In this document: piece after piece, positions 19,092 through 28,688 of the stretch
How positions within the stretch are numbered: position 1 is the stretch's first letter
Layout: each line of letters starts with the position of its first letter
NCBI GenBank assembly: GCA_038329675.1
Contig: JBBQNE010000001.1
Span: forward strand, 1 to 61,376
Reading direction: 5' to 3'
Source: Hyphomicrobiales bacterium
GTDB lineage: Bacteria > Pseudomonadota > Alphaproteobacteria > Rhizobiales > Hyphomicrobiaceae
DNA length: 61,376 nucleotides
Notes under the pieces: generated by a model
Database searches by the model: none
Told to the model about the DNA's origin: nothing
What the model saw: the letters and a program-made list of their open reading frames with translations, nothing else
Translations under genes and position numbers: made by a program

Positions 19092-19885
19092 CGACTTTGC
19101 GCCGCGTCACTGGCAGCCGAAACGCGTTTGGGCTCGTCTGCGGCCGTTACGTCTCGTGCCGGTAAATCCTGAGCCGTATCCCCAACGATCCGACCGTCCG
19201 CCATGCGAATAACGCGATCAGCTTTCGCAGCAAGCTTTTCGTCATGGGTGACGAGGACGAGCGTCGCCGCGTTGCGAAGCTGCAACCTAAACAACATGTC
19301 GATCACTTGGCGACCCGTCGCGCCATCGAGATTGCCCGTCGGCTCATCTGCCAAAAGCAGTCTCGGGTTCAACGCGACCGCGCGAGCGCGCGCGACGCGC
19401 TGTTGCTCACCGCCCGACAATTGCGACGGGTAGTGCCGCAAACGATGGCCGAGCCCGACGTCGTCGAGGAGGCCGCGCGCGAGATCGTCCGCCGCAGCAA
19501 CATTGGCAAATTGAAGCGGTAGCGCGACATTCTCGGTCGCCGTCATGCTTGGCACGAGGTGAAACGACTGGAACACGATGCCGATGTCTTTGGCCCTAAG
19601 CAGGGCCCGCTGGCTCTCGTTCATGGATGAATAATCCGCGCCCGCCACGATGACCCGACCCCGGGTCACGGCTTCGAGTCCGGCAAGCACCATCAGCAGC
19701 GACGTCTTGCCCGAGCCCGATGGTCCAACGATAGCGAGTGACCGGCCAGCTTCGATATCCAGCGATACCGATCGCAGGATCTCGACTGGGCCAGCGCGGC
19801 TGGCGAGCGTCAGCCCAACGTTTGTGAGCGAGGCGATCAACGGGAGCTTCGTGTTCGACGCGACGTAAGCATGTGAATTTTGCAT
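19088..19885 (-). CDS. ABC transporter ATP-binding protein (YbbA-like)
   Basis: Walker A GPSGSGKTSLL, signature LSGGEQQRVA, Walker B LLLADEPT. ORF 19088..20176 trimmed to the ATG at 19885. Confidence 0.85.
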   Translation of the reverse strand: MQNSHAYVASNTKLPLIASLTNVGLTLASRAGPVEILRSVSLDIEAGRSLAIVGPSGSGKTSLLMVLAGLEAVTRGRVIVAGADYSSMNESQRALLRAKDIGIVFQSFHLVPSMTATENVALPLQFANVAAADDLARGLLDDVGLGHRLRHYPSQLSGGEQQRVARARAVALNPRLLLADEPTGNLDGATGRQVIDMLFRLQLRNAATLVLVTHDEKLAAKADRVIRMADGRIVGDTAQDLPARDVTAADEPKRVSAASDAAQSR

Positions 19886-19974
19886 GGGGCCTATGCGGTG
19901 CCGCGCGGCCTTGCGAGCGTCGCAAACCGCGCCTAGGTGAGGGCTCGTAACATTCGAACGGTTGCACGGGACAT

Positions 19975-20682
19975 ATGGTTCAAACGAGGCGATTCCAATG
20001 GTTGCGGGACTTGCTGTTCGTCGCAAGCGCGATGCTGATACTCGGTTTGGCAAGTTCAGCATTGGCGGAGCCAGCGAAACCAGGGTTGGCGGAGCCAACG
20101 AAACCAGGGTTGGCCGAGCGGATGAAAATCGTCGCGTTCGGTGACAGCCTCGTCGCGGGCTATGGCCTAAAGCCATCCGATGGCTTCACCGCGCAATTGC
20201 AGGCGGCGCTGAAAGTGCGCGGGCACGATGTCGAGATCGCCAATTCCGGTGTCGCCGGCGATACCGCGAAAGCGGGCCTTGAACGCTTCGATTGGGCAAT
20301 CGCCGACGATGCCGACGCTGTGATCCTTGAGCTCGGCGCCAACGATGGGCTGACAGGCAAGGACCCTGCCGCCCTCAAAGCCACATTAGAGCAGGTCATG
20401 GAACGGTTGCGGCAGCGCAAGCTCCCGGTGCTCATTGCTGGCATGAAGGCGCCGCGCAACTGGGGCGAGAGCTATACGGCCGCATTCGACGGCATGTACG
20501 CCGACCTCGCCGCCAAACACGGCGCGCTGATCTACCCATTTTTCCTCGAAGGCGTCGCGTTGGAGCGCGACCTGAATCAAGGCGACGGCATGCACCCGAA
20601 CGCAAAAGGCGTCGCTGAAATCGTCCGCCGCATCACGCCGAAGGTCGAGGAGCTGATCGGCCGGGCGGTGGCCGTGCGTTGA
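19975..20682 (+). CDS. SGNH/GDSL arylesterase-lysophospholipase (TesA-like), secreted
   Basis: Signal peptide, then block I IVAFGDSLVAGYG, GANDG, and DGMHPN. Divergent from ybbA/ybbP as in E. coli tesA. Confidence 0.8.
   Translation: MVQTRRFQWLRDLLFVASAMLILGLASSALAEPAKPGLAEPTKPGLAERMKIVAFGDSLVAGYGLKPSDGFTAQLQAALKVRGHDVEIANSGVAGDTAKAGLERFDWAIADDADAVILELGANDGLTGKDPAALKATLEQVMERLRQRKLPVLIAGMKAPRNWGESYTAAFDGMYADLAAKHGALIYPFFLEGVALERDLNQGDGMHPNAKGVAEIVRRITPKVEELIGRAVAVR
20062..20121. repeat. 24-bp tandem repeat, 2.5 copies, in frame in the tesA-like gene
   Basis: ttggcggagccaRcgaaaccaggg occurs twice with 1 mismatch, followed by a partial copy. Encodes (L)AEPAKPGLAEPTKPGLAE just after the signal peptide. 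Confidence 0.9.
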
Positions 20683-20824
20683 GGCGGCAGCCTCCACGAC
20701 AAGGACGGTTGCCAGTGCGTGTAACCCCCAGCCAATCGATCGCAGCTTGCAGCCCAGGCCAGTTCTGGGCGATATTCCAACGATTAAGTCCGACGTACTG
20801 GCGTTTTGATGAGGACATGCAACC

Positions 20825-21061
20825 ATGTACAATTTATCCGACATCTTGGGCATTTTGGAAAAACTGCCAACCTTCAACAAGGCATCTTACTTTCCGACCA
20901 ATGCCGTGGCGGCGGAGCCCGGAACGCTACCTGGCGCGCCGTTGGGTAGCCAATTTGGCGAAACCGATATAGCGCAAGCCGCCGATTCAGACCTACCACC
21001 TGAAATCCTGGCGATCCTCGCCGATCCCGGCGACGAGAAACTTAGTAAGCCGCTGCCATAA
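20825..21061 (+). CDS. hypothetical small protein (78 aa)
   Basis: ATG preceded by GAGGA 9 nt upstream. No recognisable family, and the C-terminal half is acidic and low-complexity. Confidence 0.3.
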   Translation: MYNLSDILGILEKLPTFNKASYFPTNAVAAEPGTLPGAPLGSQFGETDIAQAADSDLPPEILAILADPGDEKLSKPLP

Positions 21062-21152
21062 CCGCAGTTGAATTGAGCAAAAAAGCCGAGTGCGCCGAGT
21101 TGACGTGACGGGGCAAACCGCCGGTCGCCCCCGCCGCGTCGGCGCGACCTAA

Positions 21153-21176
21153 TTCCCCCCAGGCGTGCTCATCGAC
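21153..21176. repeat. left copy of a 24-bp perfect direct repeat (displaced copy of the rho 3' end)
   Basis: ttccccccaggcgtgctcatcgac is identical to 22513..22536. The minus strand still reads SMSTPGGN followed by a stop (AAT TAG here versus AAC TAA in rho). Confidence 0.9.
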
Positions 21177-21241
21177 CCCAAAATCGAAGCGTTGATTGAT
21201 CGCTCGAGATAGCTGCGAGGTTTCCCCCGCAGCTATCAATT

Positions 21242-21493
21242 TTATTCACCGCACTCGGGAAGCGACAAAAGATTGTTGACCGTTGTCGTGTCCGCTACGG
21301 TTCGCAGGTATTTACGGCCATTTGGGCCGACCGGCTGAACGAAGAAGCTGTTACCAGGCCGTTCCAGCCAAGCAATTGCGTCATCTAACGCCCACCTCGA
21401 AATACCGTTGCCCACGTGAGAAATTCTCTCGTGAATGCTGGTACGATTGGTCTTGTTGATGCAGCGAACTTGGATGCGCATCGGCATCTCCAT
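21242..21493 (-). CDS. DUF3892-like small protein
   Basis: IQVRCINKTNRTSIHERISHVG...FFVQP...YLRTVADTTTVNNLLSLPEC matches my recollection of DUF3892. ORF 21242..21754 was trimmed. ATG candidates are 21493, 21487 and 21481, and the last has GGAG 6 nt upstream. Confidence 0.55.
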   Translation of the reverse strand: MEMPMRIQVRCINKTNRTSIHERISHVGNGISRWALDDAIAWLERPGNSFFVQPVGPNGRKYLRTVADTTTVNNLLSLPECGE

Positions 21494-21796
21494 TATGTGG
21501 AGAAAAAGCCGACGCAAGTTGACTTCGAATTCGCGACTGTGCGATTCTTGGGTTGCCCGTCCTGCAATCGACCTCTCCGGTAGATCTTGACGCGGGAACG
21601 TTTGATTTGCAGATCGAGCGGTCCCATCCGACTCGTATACGCAACGACGCGGACAACTTTGCTGACTAGAGCCGTGGAGTTCAAGGCACGGCTTGCCTTG
21701 TCCAGAGCTTCTCAACATGTTATTTGGCAGCTTCCGCTGAAATCTTCGAACCATTGTATTTGTCGAGGACCTGATCGGCTCGGCACGCGCAACGCG

Positions 21797-22486
21797 TTAG
21801 CGTAACGACCGCAACGCCGTAAGTTGGTGGCCAGCCGCATCGAAATTCGACGGATCGAGCCAACGCTGAAACTCAGCCAGGATCACACGCCAATCGCCAT
21901 CGAGCATCGCAAACCACGCCGTATCTCGGTTACGGCCTTTGACCACGCGGTGCTGGCGGAAGGTGCCTTCATAACGAAACCCGAAACGCTCGGCCGCCCG
22001 GCGTGACGCGATATTGGCCGCGTCGCATTTCCACTCGATCCGGCGATAGCCAAGTTCGTCGAAAGCGTGCGCAAGCAGAAGAAAAATGGCCTCGGTTGCC
22101 GCTATGGTCCGCTGAAGCCGCCGCGAGAAATGAACATGCCCGATCTCGATCACGCCGCTCGGCGCGTCGATCCGCATGAACGCGAGAATGCCCGTTGCCG
22201 GGCCTGTTGACCCCTCGTCCGCACTGTCCCGGATCACATAAACGAGCGGGTCGGACCCCGCCGACACCTGCGAGAGCCAATTGCTGAGGGCCTCCACAGT
22301 CTGGAACGGCCCATAGGGAAGATAATCCCAATCGCCATTTTTCGACGCCGATGCATACGCCTCGAACAATGACGGAGCATCCCGCTCGACCTGGAGTCGG
22401 TTGAGGCGACAGTAGCGTCCCACTAGCGTGTCGCCAGCTGGCTGCGGTCTCGCAGTCCAGTCCGGCATCTCATGGCAATCGGCCAT
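21797..22486 (-). CDS. GNAT family N-acetyltransferase (RimJ/RimL-like)
   Basis: IEIGHVHFSRRLQRT.AATEA..LL..AFDELGYRRIEWKCDA.N..SRRAAERFGFRYEGTFRQH. Confidence 0.8.
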   Translation of the reverse strand: MADCHEMPDWTARPQPAGDTLVGRYCRLNRLQVERDAPSLFEAYASASKNGDWDYLPYGPFQTVEALSNWLSQVSAGSDPLVYVIRDSADEGSTGPATGILAFMRIDAPSGVIEIGHVHFSRRLQRTIAATEAIFLLLAHAFDELGYRRIEWKCDAANIASRRAAERFGFRYEGTFRQHRVVKGRNRDTAWFAMLDGDWRVILAEFQRWLDPSNFDAAGHQLTALRSLR

Positions 22487-22508
22487 ACTCCTCCGTCAGC
22501 GTCAGGGA

Positions 22509-23786
22509 TTAGTTCCCCCCAGGCGTGCTCATCGACTGGAAGAATTCGCCGTTGGTCTTTGTCTTTTGCAGCTTGTCGACCAGGAACTCGATCGCGTCCA
22601 TCGCTCCCATCGGGTTCAAGATACGACGCAGAACATAGATTTTGCGCAGCTGGTCCCGCGGGATGAGCAGGTCTTCTTTGCGCGTACCAGACCGGGCAAC
22701 GTCGATCGCCGGGAACACGCGCTTATCAGATACCTTACGGTCAAGAATGACTTCGCAGTTGCCGGTGCCTTTGAATTCTTCGAAGATCACTTCGTCCTTA
22801 CGCGAACCGGTTTCGATCAGCGCAGTTGCGATAATCGTCAGCGACCCGCCCTCTTCGATGTTGCGTGCCGCACCGAAGAACCGTTTCGGCCTTTGCAATG
22901 CGTTGCTGTCAACGCCACCGGTCAGCACTTTGCCCGATGACGGAACGACCGTGTTGTAGGCGCGGCCAAGGCGCGTGATGCTATCGAGCAGGATGACGAC
23001 GTCGCGCTTATGCTCGACCAACCGTTTTGCTTTTTCGATCACCATTTCAGCAACTTGCACATGGCGCGTTGGCGGCTCATCAAACGTCGAGGCGACCACT
23101 TCGCCCTTCACTGATCGCTGCATATCGGTGACTTCCTCGGGCCGCTCGTCGATCAACAGCACGATTAAAAAGCATTCTGGGTGGTTCTTGGCGATCGAGT
23201 TGGCGATGTTTTGCAACAAGACCGTTTTACCGGTGCGCGGTGGAGCGACGATGAGTGCACGCTGGCCTTTGCCGATCGGCGCAACGATATCGATGACCCG
23301 GGGAGACAAATCTTTGACAGTGGGATCTTCGGTTTCCATTTTCAGCCAGCTGGTTGGATACAGCGGCGTAAGGTTGTCGAAGTTGACCTTGTGTTTCGTT
23401 GCTTCCGGCTCTTCGAAGTTAATCTTGTTGACTTTGATTAATGCGAAATAACGCTCGCCATCTTTCGGTGCGCGGATATGCCCGTCAACGGTATCACCAG
23501 TACGCAGGGCGTACCGCCGGATCTGGGCTGGCGCCAAATAGATGTCATCGGGCCCCGCCAGATAGTTAGCGTCGGGCGAGCGCAAGAAGCCAAAGCCGTC
23601 GAGCAGCACTTCAACGACGCCCGTCCCGATGATCTCGGTGTCTTGGGCCGCCAGCTGCTTCAAAACGGCAAACATCAATTCTTGCTTGCGCAAGGTTGAC
23701 GCGTTTTCGACGCCGACTTCCTCGGCGTAGGCAAGCAGCTCGGTCGGCGACTTAGCCTTCAAGTCTTCGAGCTTAACTTCGGTCAT
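22509..23786 (-). CDS. rho: transcription termination factor Rho
   Basis: [10 protein letters not shown]..., the RNA-binding GFGFLRS, and Walker [21 protein letters not shown] trimmed to the ATG at 23786, giving 425 aa. Confidence 0.95.
   Translation of the reverse strand: MTEVKLEDLKAKSPTELLAYAEEVGVENASTLRKQELMFAVLKQLAAQDTEIIGTGVVEVLLDGFGFLRSPDANYLAGPDDIYLAPAQIRRYALRTGDTVDGHIRAPKDGERYFALIKVNKINFEEPEATKHKVNFDNLTPLYPTSWLKMETEDPTVKDLSPRVIDIVAPIGKGQRALIVAPPRTGKTVLLQNIANSIAKNHPECFLIVLLIDERPEEVTDMQRSVKGEVVASTFDEPPTRHVQVAEMVIEKAKRLVEHKRDVVILLDSITRLGRAYNTVVPSSGKVLTGGVDSNALQRPKRFFGAARNIEEGGSLTIIATALIETGSRKDEVIFEEFKGTGNCEVILDRKVSDKRVFPAIDVARSGTRKEDLLIPRDQLRKIYVLRRILNPMGAMDAIEFLVDKLQKTKTNGEFFQSMSTPGGN
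22513..22536. repeat. right copy of the 24-bp direct repeat (functional rho 3' end)
   Basis: Identical to 21153..21176 and encodes the last residues of Rho. Confidence 0.9.
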
Positions 23787-24277
23787 GGGGAAAGGGGCTC
23801 CGGGAGGACAGCCGCATTTCAATTCTGCAAATACAGCAGAACAGACCAGTGGCTCCGGATCGCGAAGCCAAGCCAGATGCGGCGATGTCAAAGCGGTCAA
23901 TAACCGCAATTAAACGAGGGGACGAACGTGTTCGTGAAGGAAGCTAAAGCACGCGAGCCGAGGCCGCGTTACAGGCTTGACGGTGGCAACGATGCCGACG
24001 GCCAAACCTGTGTTCCGCGCAACCTGAGCAGTAACGCGGCATTGGTTTACTACCAGAGTTCCTGTTTGACTGAAAGGGGTTAGTGCGTAGGCCGCTATTT
24101 TTTCGCCGCCATAATGCTCTAGGCGATGGCCAATGCGATGGCGGGCCTCCACGATACTTTGACTTTTGACGGTCTCGGATTGCCCTCAAGAAGTCGTCGA
24201 AACCATTGAACCCGTTGCCAGAGAGGCTTAACTCCCGTCCCGGAGGCACCGCTTCTGGATGTAATATGGAGCCGACA

Positions 24278-26158
24278 ATGGCAGCGACCGCAACAGCCAC
24301 ATCGGAAAAAAAATCGTTCGAGGCCGAAGTTGGCCGTTTGCTGCACCTGATGGTGCACTCGGTCTATACCGAGAAGAACATTTTTCTCCGCGAGCTGATC
24401 TCAAACGCATCGGATGCCTGCGACAAGCTCCGATACGAAGCGATCTCAAATGCTGGCCTGCTTCCTGACGGCGACCGACTTGTAATTACGCTTCGCCCGG
24501 AAGTGGACACGGGCACGCTTATTATTGCCGACAATGGCATCGGGATGGACCGCGATGAATTGATCTCAAACCTCGGGACGATTGCCCGGTCGGGGACACG
24601 TGCGTTCCTGGAACGGCTCGGCGAAAAATCTGAAGGCACGGCTCTCATTGGCCAATTTGGCGTGGGGTTCTATTCCGCTTTTATGGTCGCCGACGAAATC
24701 GAGGTGATCTCTCGTAAGGCTGGTGCTGGCGTGGCCAACGTGTGGGCCTCCAATGGCGCTGACGGCTTCACAGTCCGTGCCAGCACGAGCGAGGAAGCCG
24801 CGAGCGTCACGCGTGGCACAGAGATTCGGCTGAAACTAAAACCGGACTGTTTGTCTTTTCTGGAGGGTGCGACGCTCGAACGGATCGTGAAAACCTACTC
24901 GGATCATATTTTATTTCCCGTCGAGCTTGCACAAACAGACCTGACGCCACGCCAAATCAACGCGGCAAGCGCGCTGTGGCAGCGGTCCAAATCGGAAATC
25001 ACCGCGCAACAATATACTGAAGCTTACCAATCGCTGGCGGGTGCCTACGACGACCCGCGGTTGACGATCCATTATCGGGCCGAGGGTCGGCTATCGTATG
25101 CGGTGATGCTGTATGTGCCAGGCGAGCGCCCCTTTGACCTTTACGACCCGGGCCGAAAGGGGCGCGTCAAGTTATACGTCCGGCGCGTGTTTATCACCGA
25201 AGACGCCGACTTGATGCCGACGTACCTGCGGTTCATGCGCGGCGTTGTCGATAGCGAAGACCTGCCTCTCAATATTAGCCGCGAGATGCTCCAGTCGAGC
25301 CCGACTGTAATGCAAATGCGCAAGGCGCTGACCGCCCGCGTGCTGAGCGAACTCGAAACGTTCGCGGATAAAAATCCCGACGGCTTTGCGGCGTTTTACG
25401 ACAGCTTCGGTGCGGTGTTGAAGGAAGGCCTGTACGAAGACTTCGATCGCCGCGACCAAGTTTTAAAACTCGCCCGGTTCAAGTCCTCGGTCGCAGGGGG
25501 TTGGCGCTCTCTCAAAGACTATGTCGCTGCGATGCGACCAAACCAAACCGAAATCTATTACCTGACCGGTGAGAGCACCGAACGCCTCGCCGCCAGCCCA
25601 CAATTAGAGGCAGCACGCGCGCGCGGTATCGAAGTGCTGTTCATGACCGACCCGATCGATGGGTTTTGGGTGTCAATGAACGGAGGATACGAAGGCAAGC
25701 CGTTGAAATCGCTGACGAAAGGCGACATCGATTTATCGCTGATCTCGCCAATTGACGACGCCCCGCCGCCCGCCGAAACGTCGGGGAAAGCCGCCGTGTT
25801 AGCCGCGCGGATCAAGGAGGCCTTGGGCGACGCCATAAGCGACGTGCGCGTTTCAACACGGCTTGTGTCAAGCGCCGTTTGTCTCGTTGCGCCCGCCCAC
25901 GGCCCTGACCTCATGCTCGATCGTATGCTGTCGCGCCAAGACCGCGGCTTTGGCATGAAGCCGGTGCTCGAGCTGAACCCGGGTCATCCGCTGATCTCGA
26001 CGCTGGCTGAAGCAGGTATCGCCGTCGATGCGGCGGCCCTGTCCGACCACGCGCACATGCTCCTCGACCAGGCCCTCGTGCTCGATGGACAATCGCCGTC
26101 CGACCCATCTCGGTTCGCGGCAATTTTGAACGCCCTGGCCGTGAAAGGGCTACGGTAA
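24278..26158 (+). CDS. htpG: molecular chaperone HtpG (Hsp90)
   Basis: FLRELISNASDACDKLRY, DNGIGM, GQFGVGFYSAFMVA. ATG 24278 chosen because GGAG lies 6 nt upstream; ATG 24266 is an alternative. Confidence 0.9.
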   Translation: MAATATATSEKKSFEAEVGRLLHLMVHSVYTEKNIFLRELISNASDACDKLRYEAISNAGLLPDGDRLVITLRPEVDTGTLIIADNGIGMDRDELISNLGTIARSGTRAFLERLGEKSEGTALIGQFGVGFYSAFMVADEIEVISRKAGAGVANVWASNGADGFTVRASTSEEAASVTRGTEIRLKLKPDCLSFLEGATLERIVKTYSDHILFPVELAQTDLTPRQINAASALWQRSKSEITAQQYTEAYQSLAGAYDDPRLTIHYRAEGRLSYAVMLYVPGERPFDLYDPGRKGRVKLYVRRVFITEDADLMPTYLRFMRGVVDSEDLPLNISREMLQSSPTVMQMRKALTARVLSELETFADKNPDGFAAFYDSFGAVLKEGLYEDFDRRDQVLKLARFKSSVAGGWRSLKDYVAAMRPNQTEIYYLTGESTERLAASPQLEAARARGIEVLFMTDPIDGFWVSMNGGYEGKPLKSLTKGDIDLSLISPIDDAPPPAETSGKAAVLAARIKEALGDAISDVRVSTRLVSSAVCLVAPAHGPDLMLDRMLSRQDRGFGMKPVLELNPGHPLISTLAEAGIAVDAAALSDHAHMLLDQALVLDGQSPSDPSRFAAILNALAVKGLR

Positions 26159-26353
26159 CGGCGATACGAATAGCTAATTTGTACGTGGCAGCCGGTCTGG
26201 CAGTCGCGACGCGACGCATTGCAGCTTGATGAGTTGCAACTTGACCAGTCGCGAGTTGGCCGCAAGTGTGTGTCACGAATGAAATTGCGCGTGACCGTTG
26301 AGGCTGCCCCTTGCCCGCCCGCGCAAACCACGCCCGAGCCCAAGGACAACCTT

Positions 26354-28438
26354 ATGCCCGCCGCCGCCAAATCCAAAAAAAGCGCGTCCAAAAAAGCTGC
26401 CGCAGTAGCCAACCCATTACTGTCGCGCTGGTCAGGACCGTTCGGCCTCGCCCCGTTCCACCGGATCGGCCAAGACGATTACAAGCCAGCCTTCGCTGCT
26501 GCGTTTGCCGAACACAAAGCTGAAATCAAATCGATCGCGAGCAATACGGCAGCTCCAACATTTGCCAACACGATCGTTGCGCTGGAGAAAGCTGGCCACA
26601 ACCTAAACCGCGTCGGCGACGTGTTCTTCAATCTCGCCTCCGCCGATACAAATGCGGCGCTGATGAAGATCGAGCAAGCGATGGCGCCGAAGCTCGCCGC
26701 TCACTGGAGCGGGTTCTATCTTGATGCGAAGCTGTGGAAGCGGATCTCCAGCCTCTATGAGGCACGCGACACGTTGGGTCTGGAGGTCGAAGACGCGCGC
26801 CTCCTCGAACGGTATCACACGTGGTTTGTTCGCGCTGGCGCCAAGCTGAAGGCGCCTGACAAGAAGCGGGTAAAAGAAATCAACAATCGCCTGGCCGAAT
26901 TGACGACGGCGTTTTCCCAGAACGTGTTGAAAGATGAACAAGCGTGGCAGCTCGTTCTCGACAAACAGGATGATTTGGCTGGCCTATCGGATGGTCAGCG
27001 CGCCGCCGCCGCCCGCGCGGCCGCAGATGCGGGTCAGCCAGGTAAATTTGCGATCACGCTGCAACGCTCAAGCGTCGAAGGCTTCCTCCAGGCCTCGACC
27101 CGCCGCGATCTCCGCGAGACAGCCTGGCGCGCCTGGAGCCAGCGCGGCGAGATGCGCAAGGAGACCGATAACCGCCCTATCCTGGCCGAGATCGCGACCC
27201 TCCGGCTTGAGCTTGCCAACATCATGGGTGCCAAAACGTATGCCGACTACGCGCTCCACGACACGATGGCAAAAACGCCAGCCAATGTCCGGGGCCTGCT
27301 AGACCGCGTCTGGCCCGCAGCGCTCGCCCGCGCCACGATCGAGCGCGATATCCTGGCAAAACGAGCCGCAATTGAAGGCCAAAACGATCCGGTCGCCGCC
27401 TGGGACTGGCGCTACTTGGCGGAAAGAGAGCGCGCGGCACGGTATTCGGTCGACGAGCAGGAGGTCCGCCAATACCTCGTCCTGGACCGCATGATCGACG
27501 CAGCGTTCGATGTCGCAAATCGTCTTTTCGGTTTGCGGTTCAACGAGCAGACCGGGATGAAGCTCTACCACCCCGACGTCCGCGCCTGGGATGTGACCGA
27601 CGCCGATGGCAACCACATCGCGTTGTTCCTCGGCGATTACTTTGCACGGCCTTCCAAGCGCTCGGGCGCCTGGATGTCGAGCTACCGTAACCAGCAGCGC
27701 GTGAAGGGCGACGTCCGTCCCATCGTCGTCAATGTCATGAGCTTTGCCCGCGGCGGCGATGGCGAGTCGTCGCTGTTGTCATTTGATGACGCCCGGACAC
27801 TGTTCCACGAATTTGGCCACGGCCTCCACGGGATGCTGTCCGACGTCACCTACCCTTCGTTATCGGGAACCAGCGTCAGCCGTGACTTCGTCGAACTGCC
27901 ATCCCAACTTTATGAACATTGGCTCTCGCAGCCCGAGGTCCTGAAACGACATGCCCGCCACTGGAAGACTGGCAAGGCCATGCCGGAGGACCTCGTGGCG
28001 AAACTACGCGAGGCGCGCAACTGGAACATGGGTTTCCAGACCGTCGAGTATACCGCCGCTGCGATCGCCGATATGGATCTCCACGGTGTAGAGGATGCAA
28101 AAAAGCTCGATGTCGCGGACATGGAGAAAAAGACCCTCGCGCGGATCGGTATGCCCAAGGAGATCTCGCTTCGCCACCGGTTGCCGCACTTCACCCATAT
28201 TACTGGCGGGTACGCAGCCGGCTACTACAGTTACATGTGGTCGGAGGTGATGGACGCCGATGCGTTCGCTGCTTTTGAAGAAACCGGAAATATCTTTTCT
28301 CGAAAAGTCGCCAAACGGTTGCGCGACCATATCTATGCGGCCGGCAATCGCCGCGATCCAGAAGACGCCTACATCGCATTTCGTGGGCGCAAGCCTGAGG
28401 TCGAGGGATTGCTCAAGAAACGTGGGTTCATATCCTGA
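26354..28438 (+). CDS. dcp: M3 family peptidyl-dipeptidase Dcp / oligopeptidase
   Basis: Zinc motif HEFGHGLH, about 694 aa. ORF trimmed to the ATG at 26354, which has AAGGA upstream. Confidence 0.85.
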   Translation: MPAAAKSKKSASKKAAAVANPLLSRWSGPFGLAPFHRIGQDDYKPAFAAAFAEHKAEIKSIASNTAAPTFANTIVALEKAGHNLNRVGDVFFNLASADTNAALMKIEQAMAPKLAAHWSGFYLDAKLWKRISSLYEARDTLGLEVEDARLLERYHTWFVRAGAKLKAPDKKRVKEINNRLAELTTAFSQNVLKDEQAWQLVLDKQDDLAGLSDGQRAAAARAAADAGQPGKFAITLQRSSVEGFLQASTRRDLRETAWRAWSQRGEMRKETDNRPILAEIATLRLELANIMGAKTYADYALHDTMAKTPANVRGLLDRVWPAALARATIERDILAKRAAIEGQNDPVAAWDWRYLAERERAARYSVDEQEVRQYLVLDRMIDAAFDVANRLFGLRFNEQTGMKLYHPDVRAWDVTDADGNHIALFLGDYFARPSKRSGAWMSSYRNQQRVKGDVRPIVVNVMSFARGGDGESSLLSFDDARTLFHEFGHGLHGMLSDVTYPSLSGTSVSRDFVELPSQLYEHWLSQPEVLKRHARHWKTGKAMPEDLVAKLREARNWNMGFQTVEYTAAAIADMDLHGVEDAKKLDVADMEKKTLARIGMPKEISLRHRLPHFTHITGGYAAGYYSYMWSEVMDADAFAAFEETGNIFSRKVAKRLRDHIYAAGNRRDPEDAYIAFRGRKPEVEGLLKKRGFIS

Positions 28439-28488
28439 AGCGGCAAACTGGTCTGCAAAAGCAAAGATCAGGCGCGCGATCTGAAAAA

Positions 28489-28504
28489 TGATTCACGTGG
28501 AACA
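28489..28504. promoter_or_regulatory. parS centromere-like site
   Basis: TGATTCACGTGGAACA. Its reverse complement TGTTCCACGTGAATCA differs at 1 position from the consensus TGTTNCACGTGAAACA. Confidence 0.75.
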
Positions 28505-28688
28505 ATTGTTGAGCATAGTCGCAAACTTTCAGCGCGTCGCAGCCAAGGCCCTGAGCTGACACGACGAGCGAGGCTTTGACCGTCTGGGAGAAGTTTTGCA
28601 GGGTCCAGCGTAGCTCGGGGGCGGCGTCTCATCGAACAGCCGTGACGGCCGCCTCCAGCCGAGGATGATACAGGATCATATAGTCGCG

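Larger units (their letters stand above)
21177..22512. mobile_element. possible integrated islet (no integrase) bounded by duplicated rho 3' ends
   Basis: 1336 bp between the two 24-bp direct repeats, carrying GNAT and DUF3892 genes. GC content looks lower by eye around 21240..21800. Confidence 0.35.

Noticed and set aside
22509-23909. N-terminal extensions offered by the ORF track for rho, the ybbA-like ATPase, the DUF299 gene, hyi, htpG, dcp, sdhD, the TetR gene and others.
   Set aside because: Family N-termini and SD-like sequences support internal starts, and the extensions overlap upstream regions and are low-complexity.
23787-24277. Possible RpoH-type promoter for htpG and a long rho leader in the 490-bp divergent spacer.
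   Set aside because: I could not find a convincing CTTG-N17-CYTATNT element by eye, so there is not enough evidence to annotate one.
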